Counted from the whole stretch's first letter, positions 37,296 to 50,454 are shown. The stretch is DNA of 63,508 nucleotides, filler included, from Octopus bimaculoides (GCF_001194135.2; 6 parts of 5 records of this genome joined end to end with filler, not necessarily neighbours in it); one strand, 5' to 3'. Made by a program: numbers and translations. Notes: generated by a model not told the origin, from the letters alone.

Positions 37296-38618
37296 TGAGG
37301 TCACCCACTTCTTCTCCAAACGCTAGCTCTGCCTTCTGCCACAAAAATGCAATATCAACTTTCGTCAGAGGCTGCAGGAGTTCATTTGTCATCATCTCTG
37401 AGTGTTCCTTGATGAGATTGTTAATGTCCCCAACGTCAACCTCAAGGCCCATGGACAGGTGTCTCAGACTCGAACCCCTCAAAGTCTCTTTTGGAAAAGC
37501 AAACAGGCCACAGTTTGCTCCATGCAGAATTCAGTGTTCTCATTACATCCTGCCAGGCCATATTGATAATTTTCATACATTTAACAATGCTATAGTGCAC
37601 CTTCCAAAACTCACAAAGGGTTAGATTTGTATTTTCGGTGACTTCAAAACATTGACAAAACAAGTGTTTGGTGTACAATTTCTTATAATTAAAAATCACT
37701 TGTTGATCCATGGGCTGCAAGATAGGAGTGGTGTTGCAGGAAAAGGTATTGAATTTTTATGGATTTAAATTCATCCAGGATATCATCTTCAAAGTTAGGA
37801 GGGTGAGCAGGAGCATTGTCGAGAATGAGGAGGACCTTCGGAGGAAGATCGTTCTCCAGAAGGTACTTTTTCACTGCTGGCCTGAAGATAAGGTTGACCC
37901 ACTCAGTGAAGAATTACCTGGTGACCAAGGCTTTAACATTTTCTCTCCACACGACCTGCAACTTCTCCTTCAGGATTTTGTGTGACTTGAATGCTCGTAG
38001 ATTTTTGGAATGGTAGACAAGTAGTGGCTTAATCTTCAAATATCTACTAACATTGGCACAAAGGGCAAGAGTTAGCCTATCTTTCATAGGCTTGTGGCTT
38101 GGCATTTGCTTCTCCTCTGCAGTTATGCAGGTTCTTCTTTGCTGTTGTAATGGCCTTGATCTCATTCTTTTTTCTTCAGGATGGTGCAGATTATCGATGT
38201 GCATTGGTTGTAGTTACATGCTATGTCTACTACATACACTCCTCTCATGTTTATCAATGATTTCTTTCTTCAATTCTATCGCAATTAGCTTTTCTTCTTC
38301 TCAGCACTGTCCTTTGCATTAACCTTCTTCAGACCCATAATTAACACAACTAATTATTATGAAATAATAAACAAAAAACACACAAAAGTGAAAAAAAAAT
38401 ACAGGGTAAAACACAATGTGATAATGTGAACTGAGCAAGCAGAGGCTAGACTTGTTGGGAGAGTGTGTGTGAACTTAGTGCTGACTAGTGATCGTTTGTA
38501 TGAAACTGGTTCATACTGCAGATTGCCACTCATACTTCATGACAAAAATTTGCAGGCGCCTCAGGTCGTACAACAAATTACTTGTACAATAATGCACTCA
38601 TACTGCTAAGTTCTACTG
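37296..38618 (-). mobile_element. Tigger/pogo (TIGD1-like) transposon remnant
   Basis: KPMKDRLTLALCAN...KPLLVYHSKN, KVLLILDNAPAHP and QPMDQQVIFNYKKLY. TIR TA|cagtagaact ends at 38618. Multiple frameshifts. Confidence 0.85.
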
Positions 38619-38658
38619 TATATATATCTATGTATACATATATATAAATATGTATTTG

Positions 38659-38768
<110 letters not shown>

Positions 38769-38974
38769 AGAAGAAGAAGAAAGAGAGATTTGAGACAAAT
38801 TTAAGATGATTTTGAGATGTTAAGGACTCTTTTAATTAGCTCATGTCACATAGTACTAATGCCATGAAAGTGACACCAGCTAATTTCCTTAGTTTTAACT
38901 CATGTGCTCAAACTGGATAAATAAACATTTAAACACATGCATGTACATACACACATACACCACACATTTACATA

Positions 38975-39285
38975 CAGTGGTGGAGTGGATCTAAAAATAT
39001 TGGTTGCCAGGAGACTAAAGGGACCCACCTGCAACTGCAAGGGGTTCCACCCGCAACTACAATGCTATCATTTAATTCTTTTTTGTTAAAAGAATTCTTT
39101 TTAACTGTTTACAAACACAGCCAGGCTGAAATGATTAATGCATTCTTCCAGGAGTGAATAAAAAATTCTCAAACTTGAGGGAATAGGCCCCTTAGATACT
39201 AACATGGGCCCCCATATATGGATTCTAGTGGTGCAGGGGCCCACTTGCCATTGGGCAAGCTGGCAACCTAGCCAGTCCACCACTG
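38975..39285. mobile_element. hAT-type MITE, ~310 bp
   Basis: TIRs cagtggtggagtgg / ccagtccaccactg (1 mismatch). 8-bp TSD tttacata/tatacata. Confidence 0.7.
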
Positions 39286-40419
39286 TATACATATATGTAT
39301 ATATGCATGCATATGTTTGAATGTATGTGTGTATGTATGTATCCATGCATAAGTCAGTTTGTATGTTTCTCTTGTATTCACATGCGTGTGTGCTGATTAT
39401 GAATAAAAGCCTCACTGTTCATATAGATGATGTCATTTGTTTGCAGTCTACTGAGAAAGCATGTCCAGGCTGTTTGTCGTTTGATTGGAAATGAGTGAAA
39501 ATTGACACCAGGAAGGGTATCCAGCTGAAAATTCTACTCAACATATTTTTGTCTGAGCCATGCAGGCATGGAAAAGATATATATATATATATAAACGTAT
39601 GTATGTATGTTTGTGTGTGTGTGTGTGTGTAAACTAGCTATCATATGAGACTGTTGTTAAATCACTAAAATGCTGACTCCATTTGTTTTAGTTAACTTCA
39701 TCTTGATAATAGCATGACAACATCAACTAATGAACATGTTTCCATGACAACATGATCTCTGTAGAGGTTTGAATTCCACAATTAATTTACAAGTCTAGTT
39801 GCATGTTCTTATCTAGAATTCATTAATTTCAGTCTGTCCAGTGTTAGCAGACTTATGGTGGTACACTCTCAATATGAATCAACAACAACAACATGATTGA
39901 AACCCCCAAAGCCATCTGCAAATGCCAGTCCTTACGCTTTCTGATTATACTTGTCTACATAGGCTTTCATAAGGCTGTCCCATATACTCTCTTGTAATCT
40001 TTTCTCATGGTGGCCACACAAATATAACATTGGCAAAAGTGCTTCAAAAGAAGTAGATTTTCTTCAATACTTCACTCACAGTAAGTTGCTGACTCTCTAT
40101 CAGAGCTAGATTGAAAGTGATGTAAAGCTTGGTGTCACTTGTTAAAAAAAACCTTACACAAGAAGATTTAAAGAAAATTGGAAATTATTTTGATGCCAGT
40201 GCAGATAGCAAGGCCTTAAGCTGTAATTTGTTTAACAGTTATTAGTGCCCTCTATAATGCCCATGTAAGATCCACATTAAGAGTACTCCCCAAATAGCTG
40301 GGCATTGCTACTGCTGTTACAAACGTATTAAATAATAACTAAAACAATGTCATTTGATTGATTGCCAAAGAAACAGCAATAGATCCCAGACATATGTTAT
40401 CTCTTCTCTGCCACTTCCC

Positions 40420-40462
<43 letters not shown>

Positions 40463-40585
40463 AATGGTTGTTACTCATCTGACCCAGCAAACTACATACT
40501 GACTCTACTCAAATCCACTCAATATCTCTCCTCCTTCTATCATTTGCATTACTATATCATCCTTCAACTCTCAGATTTCATGCTA

Positions 40586-40880
40586 TGAGAGTAGGCTGAA
40601 AAGTTCATAGACTGACTACAAAGGAATGATGCTAGAGCTGTGAAATCTTGCATCCATTAATTTCAACTATTCTTACTAATAGCTGCATTATTTTTTTGCA
40701 GGTAAACTGACATCCGACTGTTCTAAGGAAACTTCAAAAGTAACTGGTTGTGGACTTCTCTTGAAAACGAACAAAATTTGGCATTGGGGTGTTATCAAGT
40801 ACCTCCTGAAGAAGTGTTTGATCCCCAAGAGTATTCACACTGACATGGTTGTTACATTAGGGAATGACAATATGCCCCTG
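40586..40880 (+). mobile_element. Mariner 5' fragment
   Basis: TIR-like tgagagtaggctgaaaagttc. The degenerate N-terminus reads IWHWGVIKYLLKKCLIPKSIHTDMVVTLG, resembling mariner HTH starts. Confidence 0.6.
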
Positions 40881-41687
40881 TTAAATTCTTCTCCTCTCCA
40901 CCACCTCTAGTTTCCACTCTCCTTTCAAAATCCTGCGAACTCACCCACCAACCCACCCTCTCCAATCTCCAGCCCACTTCTCTATATACACCACCCCCAC
41001 CATCTTGCTCTCCTCACTCTCTTCTCTATCTGAGAAAGCCATGTCTCTCTTCTAATGCAAGACACCTTTTCTGTCCCACAAAACTACTCCCTGTATTTGA
41101 GGGGTCTTGTTCTGCAAGTTACTTGGTGACCTCACTGCTGCTGGTGCCACATAAAAAAACACCCAGTACACTTTGTAAAGTGGTTGACAATTGGAAGAAC
41201 ATCCAACTGTAGAAACTATGCTAAAACAGACAGCAGGGCTTGGTGTAGTCCTCTGACTTGCCTTTCCTGTCAAACTGTCCTACTCATCCCAGCATGCAAA
41301 ATGAACATTAAATGATGATGATGATGATATTTACAGAGAAAGGGAGCAAGGGGGCAGGCAAAATGTAAGATATGGGTATATATGTATATATATAATTGAA
41401 AACCAAGAGGAGAGTGGGGATTTATTCACATCCAAAACTTTATATTAAAAAAGTTTTCTACAGCATATATAACAATGACCAACATATGTTTCAATTGCAG
41501 CAACTACATATTGCTCCGTATACAATTATGCATCCTAGTTGCTGCAATTTCATCAAGGCTCCATCACTTACAATGTTTTCAAACAAGCTTCCTCATGATT
41601 GTGAGCCTGATGCTTTAACCGCTGAGCCATGCAGCTTTACCACACGCACATACACACACGTATGTATGTATATACATATATATGTAT

Positions 41688-42030
41688 GTGGTGAAGCTGC
41701 ATGGGTCAGTAGTTAGAGCTTCAGGCTCACAATCATGAGGTAGTGAGTTCAATTCCTGGACCAGATTGTGTGTTGTGTTCTTAAGCAGACACTTTATTTC
41801 ATGTTGCTCCAGTTCACTCAGCTATAGAAATGAGTTGTGACATCACTGGTGCCAAGCTGAATTGGCCTTTGCCTTTCCCTTGGATAACATCAGTGGTGTG
41901 GAGAGGGTAGACTGGTATGCATGGGCAACTGCTGGTCTTCCATAAACAACCTTGCCTGGACTTATGCCTCGGAAGGGAACTTTCTAGGTGCAATCTCATA
42001 GTCATTCATGACTGCAGGGGGTCTTTACCC
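41688..42030 (+). mobile_element. tRNA-derived SINE with Meta/V-like central domain
   Basis: Head with A/B-box-like motifs (gagttcaattcc) and central gcagacactttatttcatgttgctccagttcactcagct. A related copy lies at ~53195-53520. The domain name is an inference. Confidence 0.6.
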
Positions 42031-42036
42031 TTTTAC

Positions 42037-42071
<35 letters not shown>

Positions 42072-42101
42072 ATATATGTATGTATAGTATAGGACATTCA
42101 A

Positions 42102-43549
42102 TAAGTTGTCATAATAGGACTCAGAGTTTCAAATGCCGGAGCTAAGAGCTATGATGCATTTTCATTGGTTATTTTGACAATAGATGCTATGAAAAAAAAA
42201 AAACGTTGAATAACAGGGAAGTTACTCTAATAGACAGAAAAAGTTATAAAAGATAGAAAATGAAAAATAAAAAATAAAAATTATGTGAAATACATGCAAC
42301 CATATTCTTACCATATATATAAGACCTGTGTGTGTAAAGTCAACTTAGTACACACTCACACAAGCATGTATATATATATATATGCCCATACACACAAAAT
42401 ATATACATGCATTTATGTGCTCATATACACATCTCTACATGCACACACACACACACACACATATATATACATATACATACCTGCATAAATATACACACAC
42501 ATATGTATATATGCACACAACGTCATCTTCATATACACATAGATGTATGCTTACAAATATATTAGACATTTATCCATATAAAATATACTCACACATATAC
42601 ACAAGCACATACATACACACATACTTGTACAGGCATGTATTCACACTCACCGCATATATGAGTATACATATATGTACATATGTATACGGAAATACACATA
42701 CATACATACATATACACCCTCCTATCAACACATCCTTTCGGGGTCGATTAAATAAGTACCAGTTATGCACTGGGTTGATATAATCGACTTAATCCCTTTG
42801 TCTGTCCTTGTTTGTCCCCTCTATGTTTAGCCCCTTGTGGGCAATAAAGAGATAGATATACTTACACACACACACAAAGACATATATACACATGCACACG
42901 CATACAAATTTAGTATATGCATACATATACATATACTCACACACATACAATCACACAACTAAAAAAGGAAAAAAGGAAAAATATAAAAATATATATATAT
43001 AAAACAATAAAAAATGTTAAGACATATGGAAGGCTTGTACGAGAACATAATAAAAAAGCAGGTTCTATCCATGATCTTGTAGGGCCCGAAACCTTAACAA
43101 GTATTTTGTCATATGTGGACATGATCCAAAAAGTTCAGTTCTTGAATTTAGACATGTAGCAGGGTCTAAGGAATTTTTCCAGATGAGCTATCTTTCCATA
43201 TCACAAAGACCGCACTTACCACTGCCGTTGGTATAAGGTTTACACTTGGCCAAGATCTTCCAGTAAATCTTTTAGCTGATACCTTGTTCTGTTAAGAACC
43301 ATATGTATGTATGTAGATTTTACGAACACAGAAGGTTTTATATGTATTGTGAGAATATGGTTGCATGTATTTTTTATAATTTTTATTTTTTTATTTTTCA
43401 TCTTTTATAATTTTTCCTGTCTATTAGAGTAAACTTCCCTTTTATTCGATGGTTTTTTTCATGGTGTCTATTGTCAAAATAGCCGACAAAAATGCATCAT
43501 AGCTCTTAGCTCCGGCATTTGAAACTCTGAGTCCTATTATGACAACTTA
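42102..43549. repeat. Pair of ~250-bp inverted repeats enclosing ~1 kb
   Basis: 42102-42161 is an exact reverse complement of 43490-43549. Similarity continues inward to ~42345 and ~43310. Confidence 0.85.
43095..43315 (-). mobile_element. Penelope-like GIY-YIG C-terminal fragment
   Basis: Manual translation YIWFLTEQGIS*KIYWKILAKCKPYTNGSGKCGLCDMER*...TCLNSRTELFGSCPHMTKYLL. Confidence 0.75.
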
Positions 43550-43636
43550 CTATACTATACATATATAAATTCCTATACTATACATATATAAATTCCTCTA
43601 TTTACCTAATATCAAGGTCTCATTCTTTTGTTATCA

Positions 43637-43699
<63 letters not shown>

Positions 43700-44629
43700 T
43701 ATATGTGAGTGTGTTTGTGTGAAGAAGGTTAAAAAATGTGATGGTACCAATGATACAAAATAATTTATACACCATTAATAGTTACATCTTTTATTTTTCT
43801 TAACTGATATCCATATTGAAGCAATGGAGTTTGGCATTGTAAGGCTAGCTATTTTCACAGCTGAAAATACTGAATATAAATAGTGCATAACATAATGTGC
43901 ACATAATTTATCAATATTTAATCTGCAAAGAAACAAATAAAAATACTAACAAAGCCAAGATAACTCATGTTGAGTCTGGAGGTTATCTAGAAGGCAGGAA
44001 TTAGAATTTCACAAAATCACAGAGACAAGAATCTATTGAATTACTCTGTTATTTTGCTGAGATGGAGATAATAAATGCAGTACATCTGAGTGAATCAGTC
44101 ATTAAAATACAGTAGAAACCTCATTGGTTACCCACGTGTTCTAGAGTATTAATTAAATACAGGACGTTGTGAATGCTTTATTTTATATCAGATTTACTGA
44201 AATTATAGTGGATATGCAAAAGGCTTGTGAAGCTAAAGCAGAAAACATTATGAAAGCCTTTTTCTTTTTTGATTCATTCAGTTTAAAGAAATGGTGGATT
44301 CTGTTTATATTTTGACTTCAGTGAAATATTTATGTTTTTTTTTTGTGTTAATGACTACATCTCTTTGGAAAATTAAAAACAAAAAAAGAATGATAATGAA
44401 GACTACAATGATGATGGTAATAGTTTCAAATTTTGGCACAAGCAATACTGAGGGAAGAGAAAGTCAACTACATTGACCCCCAGTGCTTAATCAGTACTTA
44501 TTTCATTGACCTGGAAAGAACAAAAGTCGTAGTCAGCCATAGTGGAAATTTGAACTCAGGATGTAAAGGGCTGAAAGAAATGCCGCATGGTGAGGTGAAT
44601 ATAGGACTATTTGAGTAGAGGGTGAGAAT

Positions 44630-44900
44630 TAGAGTACGTGAGCATTGGAGCATCTAATTACAGTTGTGTGTGAGTATTGGAGTGCTGGTGTACTTGGGTG
44701 TCTGAGTATTTCAGTGTGTGGGGTCTGGAGTGTCTAAGTACTGTTACATGTACAGAAGTATATAAGTACTGGAATATCCATTTACTAATGTGCTTGAGTA
44801 CTAGCATATCTAAGTCCCGAGTATCTGAGCATTAGTGGGTGTGAGTTCTGAAGTGCCTTAGTACAGGAATGTGTACACAATTATGTAAATGAGTATCTGA
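44630..44900. repeat. Degenerate ~16-bp minisatellite, consensus ~TGAGTACTGGAGTGTC
   Basis: Units such as tgagtattggagtgct, tgagtatttcagtgtg, taagtactggaatatc, tgagtactagcatatc and tgagttctgaagtgcc. Confidence 0.6.
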
Positions 44901-45669
44901 ATAATGGGGTGTATATGAATTTGCAAATGAACAGGAATAGTTATAAACAGATTGTGTACTGGAGCAATCACTAGCCATCCAGAAAACATGATCAAAGATG
45001 TTTCAAACATCTCTTAATCATACATAGAATATCTAGGATTGTTTTATCTTGCATGGGAATGGCTGTATGATTAGGAACCTTGCTTTGCAATCATGCAGTT
45101 TTGGGTTCAGTCCCGCTGCAAAGGACCTTAGGAAAGTGTCTTCTGTAATAGCCTCAAAGTCAACCAATACCTTGTGAGTGAATTTAGTTTACAGAATCTG
45201 TGTGGAAGCCTGTTGTATGTATATACATATGTATATAGGTATATATTTTTGTATATATTTAAATATTGATGATACATCTATGTACGTGTGCGTGTGTGTG
45301 TGAGAGAGAGAGAGAGAAACAGACAGACAGAGAAAAAAGAGAGAGTGTGTATGTGTGTGTGTGTATTTGTATGTCTAGACATATACACATATATACACAC
45401 GCATTCACATATACACATGTGAGAGATACCTGTTATCAACAATTCAAAAAGAAAAAAACAATAAATTGATTTTACTTGCAGACAATAAAATATATAATCA
45501 GAAGATTCTTACGAAATGCAAAACTGCAGTTTTGCATTTTGAAAAATAATTATGTTATGTATACATTCATAGAAATGTATGTATGTATGTATGTATGTAT
45601 GTATGTATGTATGTATGTACATGTGTATATATGTATATATGTATATATGTATGTATGTACATATGTATA

Positions 45670-46150
45670 TCATCATCATCATCATTATCCTTTAATGTCT
45701 GTTTTCCATGCTGGCATGGGTTGGATAGTTTGACCAAAGATGACCAGCAGGATAACTGCACCAAGTTCCAATCTTATTTGGCTTGTTTTCTATGGCTGGA
45801 TGCCCTTCTTAATGCCAACCACTTTACAGTGTATGCTGGGTGCTTTTTACATGCTACTGGCATGAGTGCTTTTTTCACATGGCCCTAACACAGGGCTCTT
45901 GTAGGCCAGTCTTCTTCATCAGGGGAAGCAGAATTAACACTTCTGCTGTGGCAGATGGGTCTTCTTGAGTATAGCAAGGCACCAAATATCTTGGTTCCTT
46001 GTCATCTCCTCCATGAAGCTATTTGTCCTGAGGTCAACCTTCAGTACTTCATCTTATGTCTTCCTGGGTCTCCCTCTTACCCAAGTTCTATCCACTTGGA
46101 GTGATCAGCACTTCTTTATGGAGCTGTCTACATTCATCCACATCACTATA
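45670..46150 (-). mobile_element. RTE LINE C-terminal fragment followed by RTE-type 3' tail
   Basis: Minus translation RGRPRKT*DEVLKVDL...EEMTRNQDIWCLAILKKT, then the tail shared with the SINE at 121-385. Confidence 0.65.
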
Positions 46151-46159
46151 TGTATATGT

Positions 46160-46190
<31 letters not shown>

Positions 46191-46779
46191 NNNNNNNNNN
46201 NNNNNNNNNNNNNNNNNNNNNNNNNNNNNNNNNNTTAATTAATTAANNNNNNNNNNNNNNNNNNNNNNNNNNNNNNNNNNNNNNNNNNNNTATATATATG
46301 TATATATATATATGTATATATATATATGTATATATATATATGTATATATATATATGTATATATATATATGTATATATATATATGTATATATATATATGTA
46401 TGTATGTATGTATCTGATAACATGAAAACAAAGCAGGTACGTAGCTGTCACGTTCTGGAATGTAAGCTAAGTAATGAGAAAATGTAATTTATTTAAATCT
46501 GACATAACATTTCTTGGAAACTAAAAAAATACACGACTTTCCCTCATATTGCTAATATAAATAACATACAACATTAGATTCACAAGGAAAGTCTGAGGAA
46601 ACATAATCTATCTTTTCTAATTCTCTCTCCTTCTGCCTACGTTCAATCGTATGTTCCTAAATATTAAGAATATGTTATTATGCACACACGCACACACATA
46701 CACACACACACACACTCAAATAGGTATATAGATACATGTGTGTATCCATATCATGTGCATATTTAGGAAACTAAATGTG

Positions 46780-46822
<43 letters not shown>

Positions 46823-47732
46823 TTGTGTGTGTGTACATGCGTGTGTGTGTGTGTCCATATTGCCAATATATATGTGTGAATATATATGTGTGAATATATA
46901 TGCAATATATGTGAATATATATATGCAAATGCATGCATTTGAATATATGTATATATATACATGTATATACATATGCATAAATGCATAAGTATATATACAC
47001 ACCCCTCACGGTGGTGCTCCAGCATGACCATAGCCACTTGGCTGAAACCCATATATATATATATATATATATATATAACATAAATACGAAAAAGCATCCA
47101 TATATGTATGTATATGTGTGTGTACGTAATATATAGACTTTATCCTTGATTATAGTTTATATATATATACATATATATATNNNNNNNNNNNNNNNNNNNN
47201 NNNNNNNNNNNNNNNNNNNNNNNNNNNNNNNNNNNNNNNNNNNNNNNNNNNNNNNNNNNNNNNNNNNNNNNNNNNNNNNNNNNNNNNNNNNNNNNNNNNN
47301 NNNNNNNNNNNNNNNNNNNNNNNNNNNNNNNNNNNNNNNNNNNNNNNNNNNNNNNNNNNNNNNNNNNNNNNNNNNNNNNNNNNNNNNNNNNNNNNNNNNN
47401 NNNNNNNNNNNNNNNNNNNNNNNNNNNNNNNNNNNNNNNNNNNNNNNNNNNNNNNNNNNNNNNNNNNNNNNNNNNNNNNNNNNNNNNNNNNNNNNNNNNN
47501 NNNNNNNNNNNNNNNNNNNNNNNNNNNNNNNNNNNNNNNNNNNNNNNNNNNNNNNNNNNNNNNNNNNNNNNNNNNNNNNNNNNNNNNNNNNNNNNNNNNN
47601 NNNNNNNNNNNNNNNNNNNNNNNNNNNNNNNNNNNNNNNNNNNNNNNNNNNNNNNNNNNNNNNNNNNNNNNNNNNNNNNNNNNNNNNNNNNNNNNNNNNN
47701 NNNNNNNNNNNNNNNNNNNNNNNNNNNNNNNN

Positions 47733-47780
<48 letters not shown>

Positions 47781-49156
47781 TGTGTGAGAAAGAGAGAGAC
47801 TATGTGTGTTTGTGTATGTATGTACGTGTGTGTGTGTAATGAAACATCAATACAACTGTCAACATCATTAACTTTATGATCATCCTTAATAACGCTATTT
47901 ATCTCAATCTGTCAACATCTCGATTGTAAACAATTAACCATTAATATAAGGTGACGTTACCTTTATTAATAAACGATATCAAACATAAAATTAGAGTGTC
48001 GACAATGTCAGAAACAAGCAAAACAATATGACAATCATTGGTTGTATACTCTGTTGAAAGACAAAATATGATGCAATTGGAAAATATCTTTGCAGAAATG
48101 ATGCATCGCTATAATGGTTCTCTTATATTCATCAGTAGTTCCTATGTCTGTTTTATGTTGGAGCTATTGTGGCTGATCTTTTGTTGTTTTGTCCAGGTTA
48201 GCTTGGGTATAAGTATCTGTGTGTGTGTGTGGACTCGTTTTTCTCTCACTGTTGTATCTCCTGTTTACATCTGTTTTCTCTATTCATTCCTATGCAGCTT
48301 GGTAATGTAGCAAAGCAGGAGCTGTTACAATAGTAATAAAACAGTTGATTGCCAAATTGTCTCCCTTTGTAAGTGGTATAAGATGTCCATATATGTAACA
48401 TTAGAAGAGTTACACACACACTCACACACACACACAGCTGAATTATAACCACAAAATATTTCTCCGTACACCTATTTGTCTTCTATTTGAAATGGGAAAC
48501 CTTTCCCGAAATATTATGAGATCGCTAAACCACGCAGGTCAAATAACACAATATCATTTCTGTTTTCGTTTTTCATTTATTGGCTTCACCTTACATATTT
48601 TGTCTAATTTCTCACCTGTGTTACTCAAAGATTTTTTTTTTTACAGTTCGTTTATAATTTTATATTATCTATATCATTCTGCCGGCTACTAAGGAAGTTC
48701 TGCAGCTATTTTATCGACTTCCTTTGTAGTTTCTCAGTCCGCCATTAACGGATTAATTGGTTTTATATTTATTTGTTTTGTTTAAATTGTATCACTTCTA
48801 ATGACATCAGTTCGTGTGAATTTATAATTGCGACCAAATCGGTCGGATAGAGGATAATCAACCAAAAGGTAAGAGGTTCACACCTTACACTAGATCTTAA
48901 ACCAAGACAAACCTTAAAGTAGAAAAGTAGAAATAATAACTTGTCAATGTAAGCAGGGGGAGAAATATATATATATATATATATATATCACAAATGTCTC
49001 AGCTCAGTAGTTTATTGCGCTGTGTTGCATTCCGTCTATTCGTTGAAATTGTTGAAGGATGGACTGATGATCTCTGCTAACCTGATTTTTTCTTGACCAA
49101 CTTTATGAAAACGAAACCTCAGTGTTTATCTAATGCCTCTATGAATTGGGACAACC

Positions 49157-49760
49157 CAATACTGACCCTATGGATTATGGGATACATAATTTTCTAAACT
49201 CTGGATTATTGGAAATCTCTCTGTTCTCATTATGGATTTTGGGATATTACACATCATGGTATATCCCAGATTTTACCGTATGGATTATATTATATTACAG
49301 CTTAACCCCTGTGGATTGTGAGATATCTCAACATTGATTCTATGGATTATCTAACTCATCAGTATTTATTCTATGGATTAACGGATTTCATAGTGTTGAC
49401 CCTATGGATTATATACCACATATGTATGGACTTAATGGATTATAACCACCCCCATATTGACTCATGGATTAACTAATTCTCCAATTCTAACCACATGGAT
49501 TACAGCAATCACCAGTATTGAATACGTGGATTAGTGGTTCACTAATCTGACCCCTCTGGATTATATTCTATGACTCAGTAATGTTCTTCCAACGGATTAT
49601 ACAATTCAGCAACTCGGAATCTGTGGATTATAAAACTTACCAATATTCACCCTAAGGATTAAGGGATACACCATCATTTATTGGATTAACGGAATACTAA
49701 TACTCCTCCACTCTAAATAATAAATTCAAGGGTATTAAACTCCAGTGGATTATCATGCTC
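49157..49760. repeat. Highly diverged 31-bp tandem array with invariant GGATT(A) core
   Basis: GGATT starts at 49172, 49203, 49234, 49282, 49313, 49344, 49375, 49406, 49437, 49466, 49497, 49528, 49558, 49594, 49625, 49656, 49683 and 49747. Loose consensus CA(A/G)TATTGACCCTAT-GGATTA-TNNGATACAC. Confidence 0.9.
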
Positions 49761-50405
49761 AGCAATATTTTCATCTCATTCGACCCTCACCAATCAAGGA
49801 TGATTTGTGTTTTGATTTTTTTGCCATCTGTTGATCCCCATGGCTGGATTTATCTCCCCTTGGTATTTTCAAGATTTTGATTTCCTTTATTGTATCTAAT
49901 GTTCACAAGATTTGGTTGGTGATGATGTCATTATAGACAAAAAAAAAAGACAAAAAAAAGAAGAAAATCAGAGCATTTGGATGATTAGAGGGCTCTCATT
50001 CAGTTCCGTCATGGTTGTCAGGTTTAGCAGAGATTCCACCGTCCATTTTGAGGAAGTGTCTCTGTGTCCTCTATTCAAACACATAACAAAACACATATAT
50101 ACATACAAACAAGACATATATATATATATATACATATAAATACACACACACACGCACACTCACACACATATATATACATAAATGATGTCATAATACTGTT
50201 AATGTAGTAAATTACGATGACGTTAATGCTGATTTTGTTGCAGTAGTTGTTGTTGCTGTTGATGATGATGATGATGATGGTGATAATGATAGAAGTATTA
50301 ATGATGTGCAAACGAGAAAAAAATTATGTTTCCTAATGCATGCTGTTTCGAAGTTTCATCAATGTTCTTGCATCTTAAAGCTGAACTGGGCGGGTGGACA
50401 GTGTA

Positions 50406-50451
<46 letters not shown>

Positions 50452-50454
50452 TTA

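Noticed and set aside
49157-49760. Interpretation of the 31-bp array as a CRISPR array or bacterial contaminant
   Set aside because: The constant part is only 6-7 bp, the spacers retain residual similarity to each other, there are no cas genes, and the context is eukaryotic repeats.
50335-50370. Hammerhead-like string on minus (UUGAUGA...CGAAACAGC)
   Set aside because: The first core base is wrong, and no helix II or helix I can be formed.
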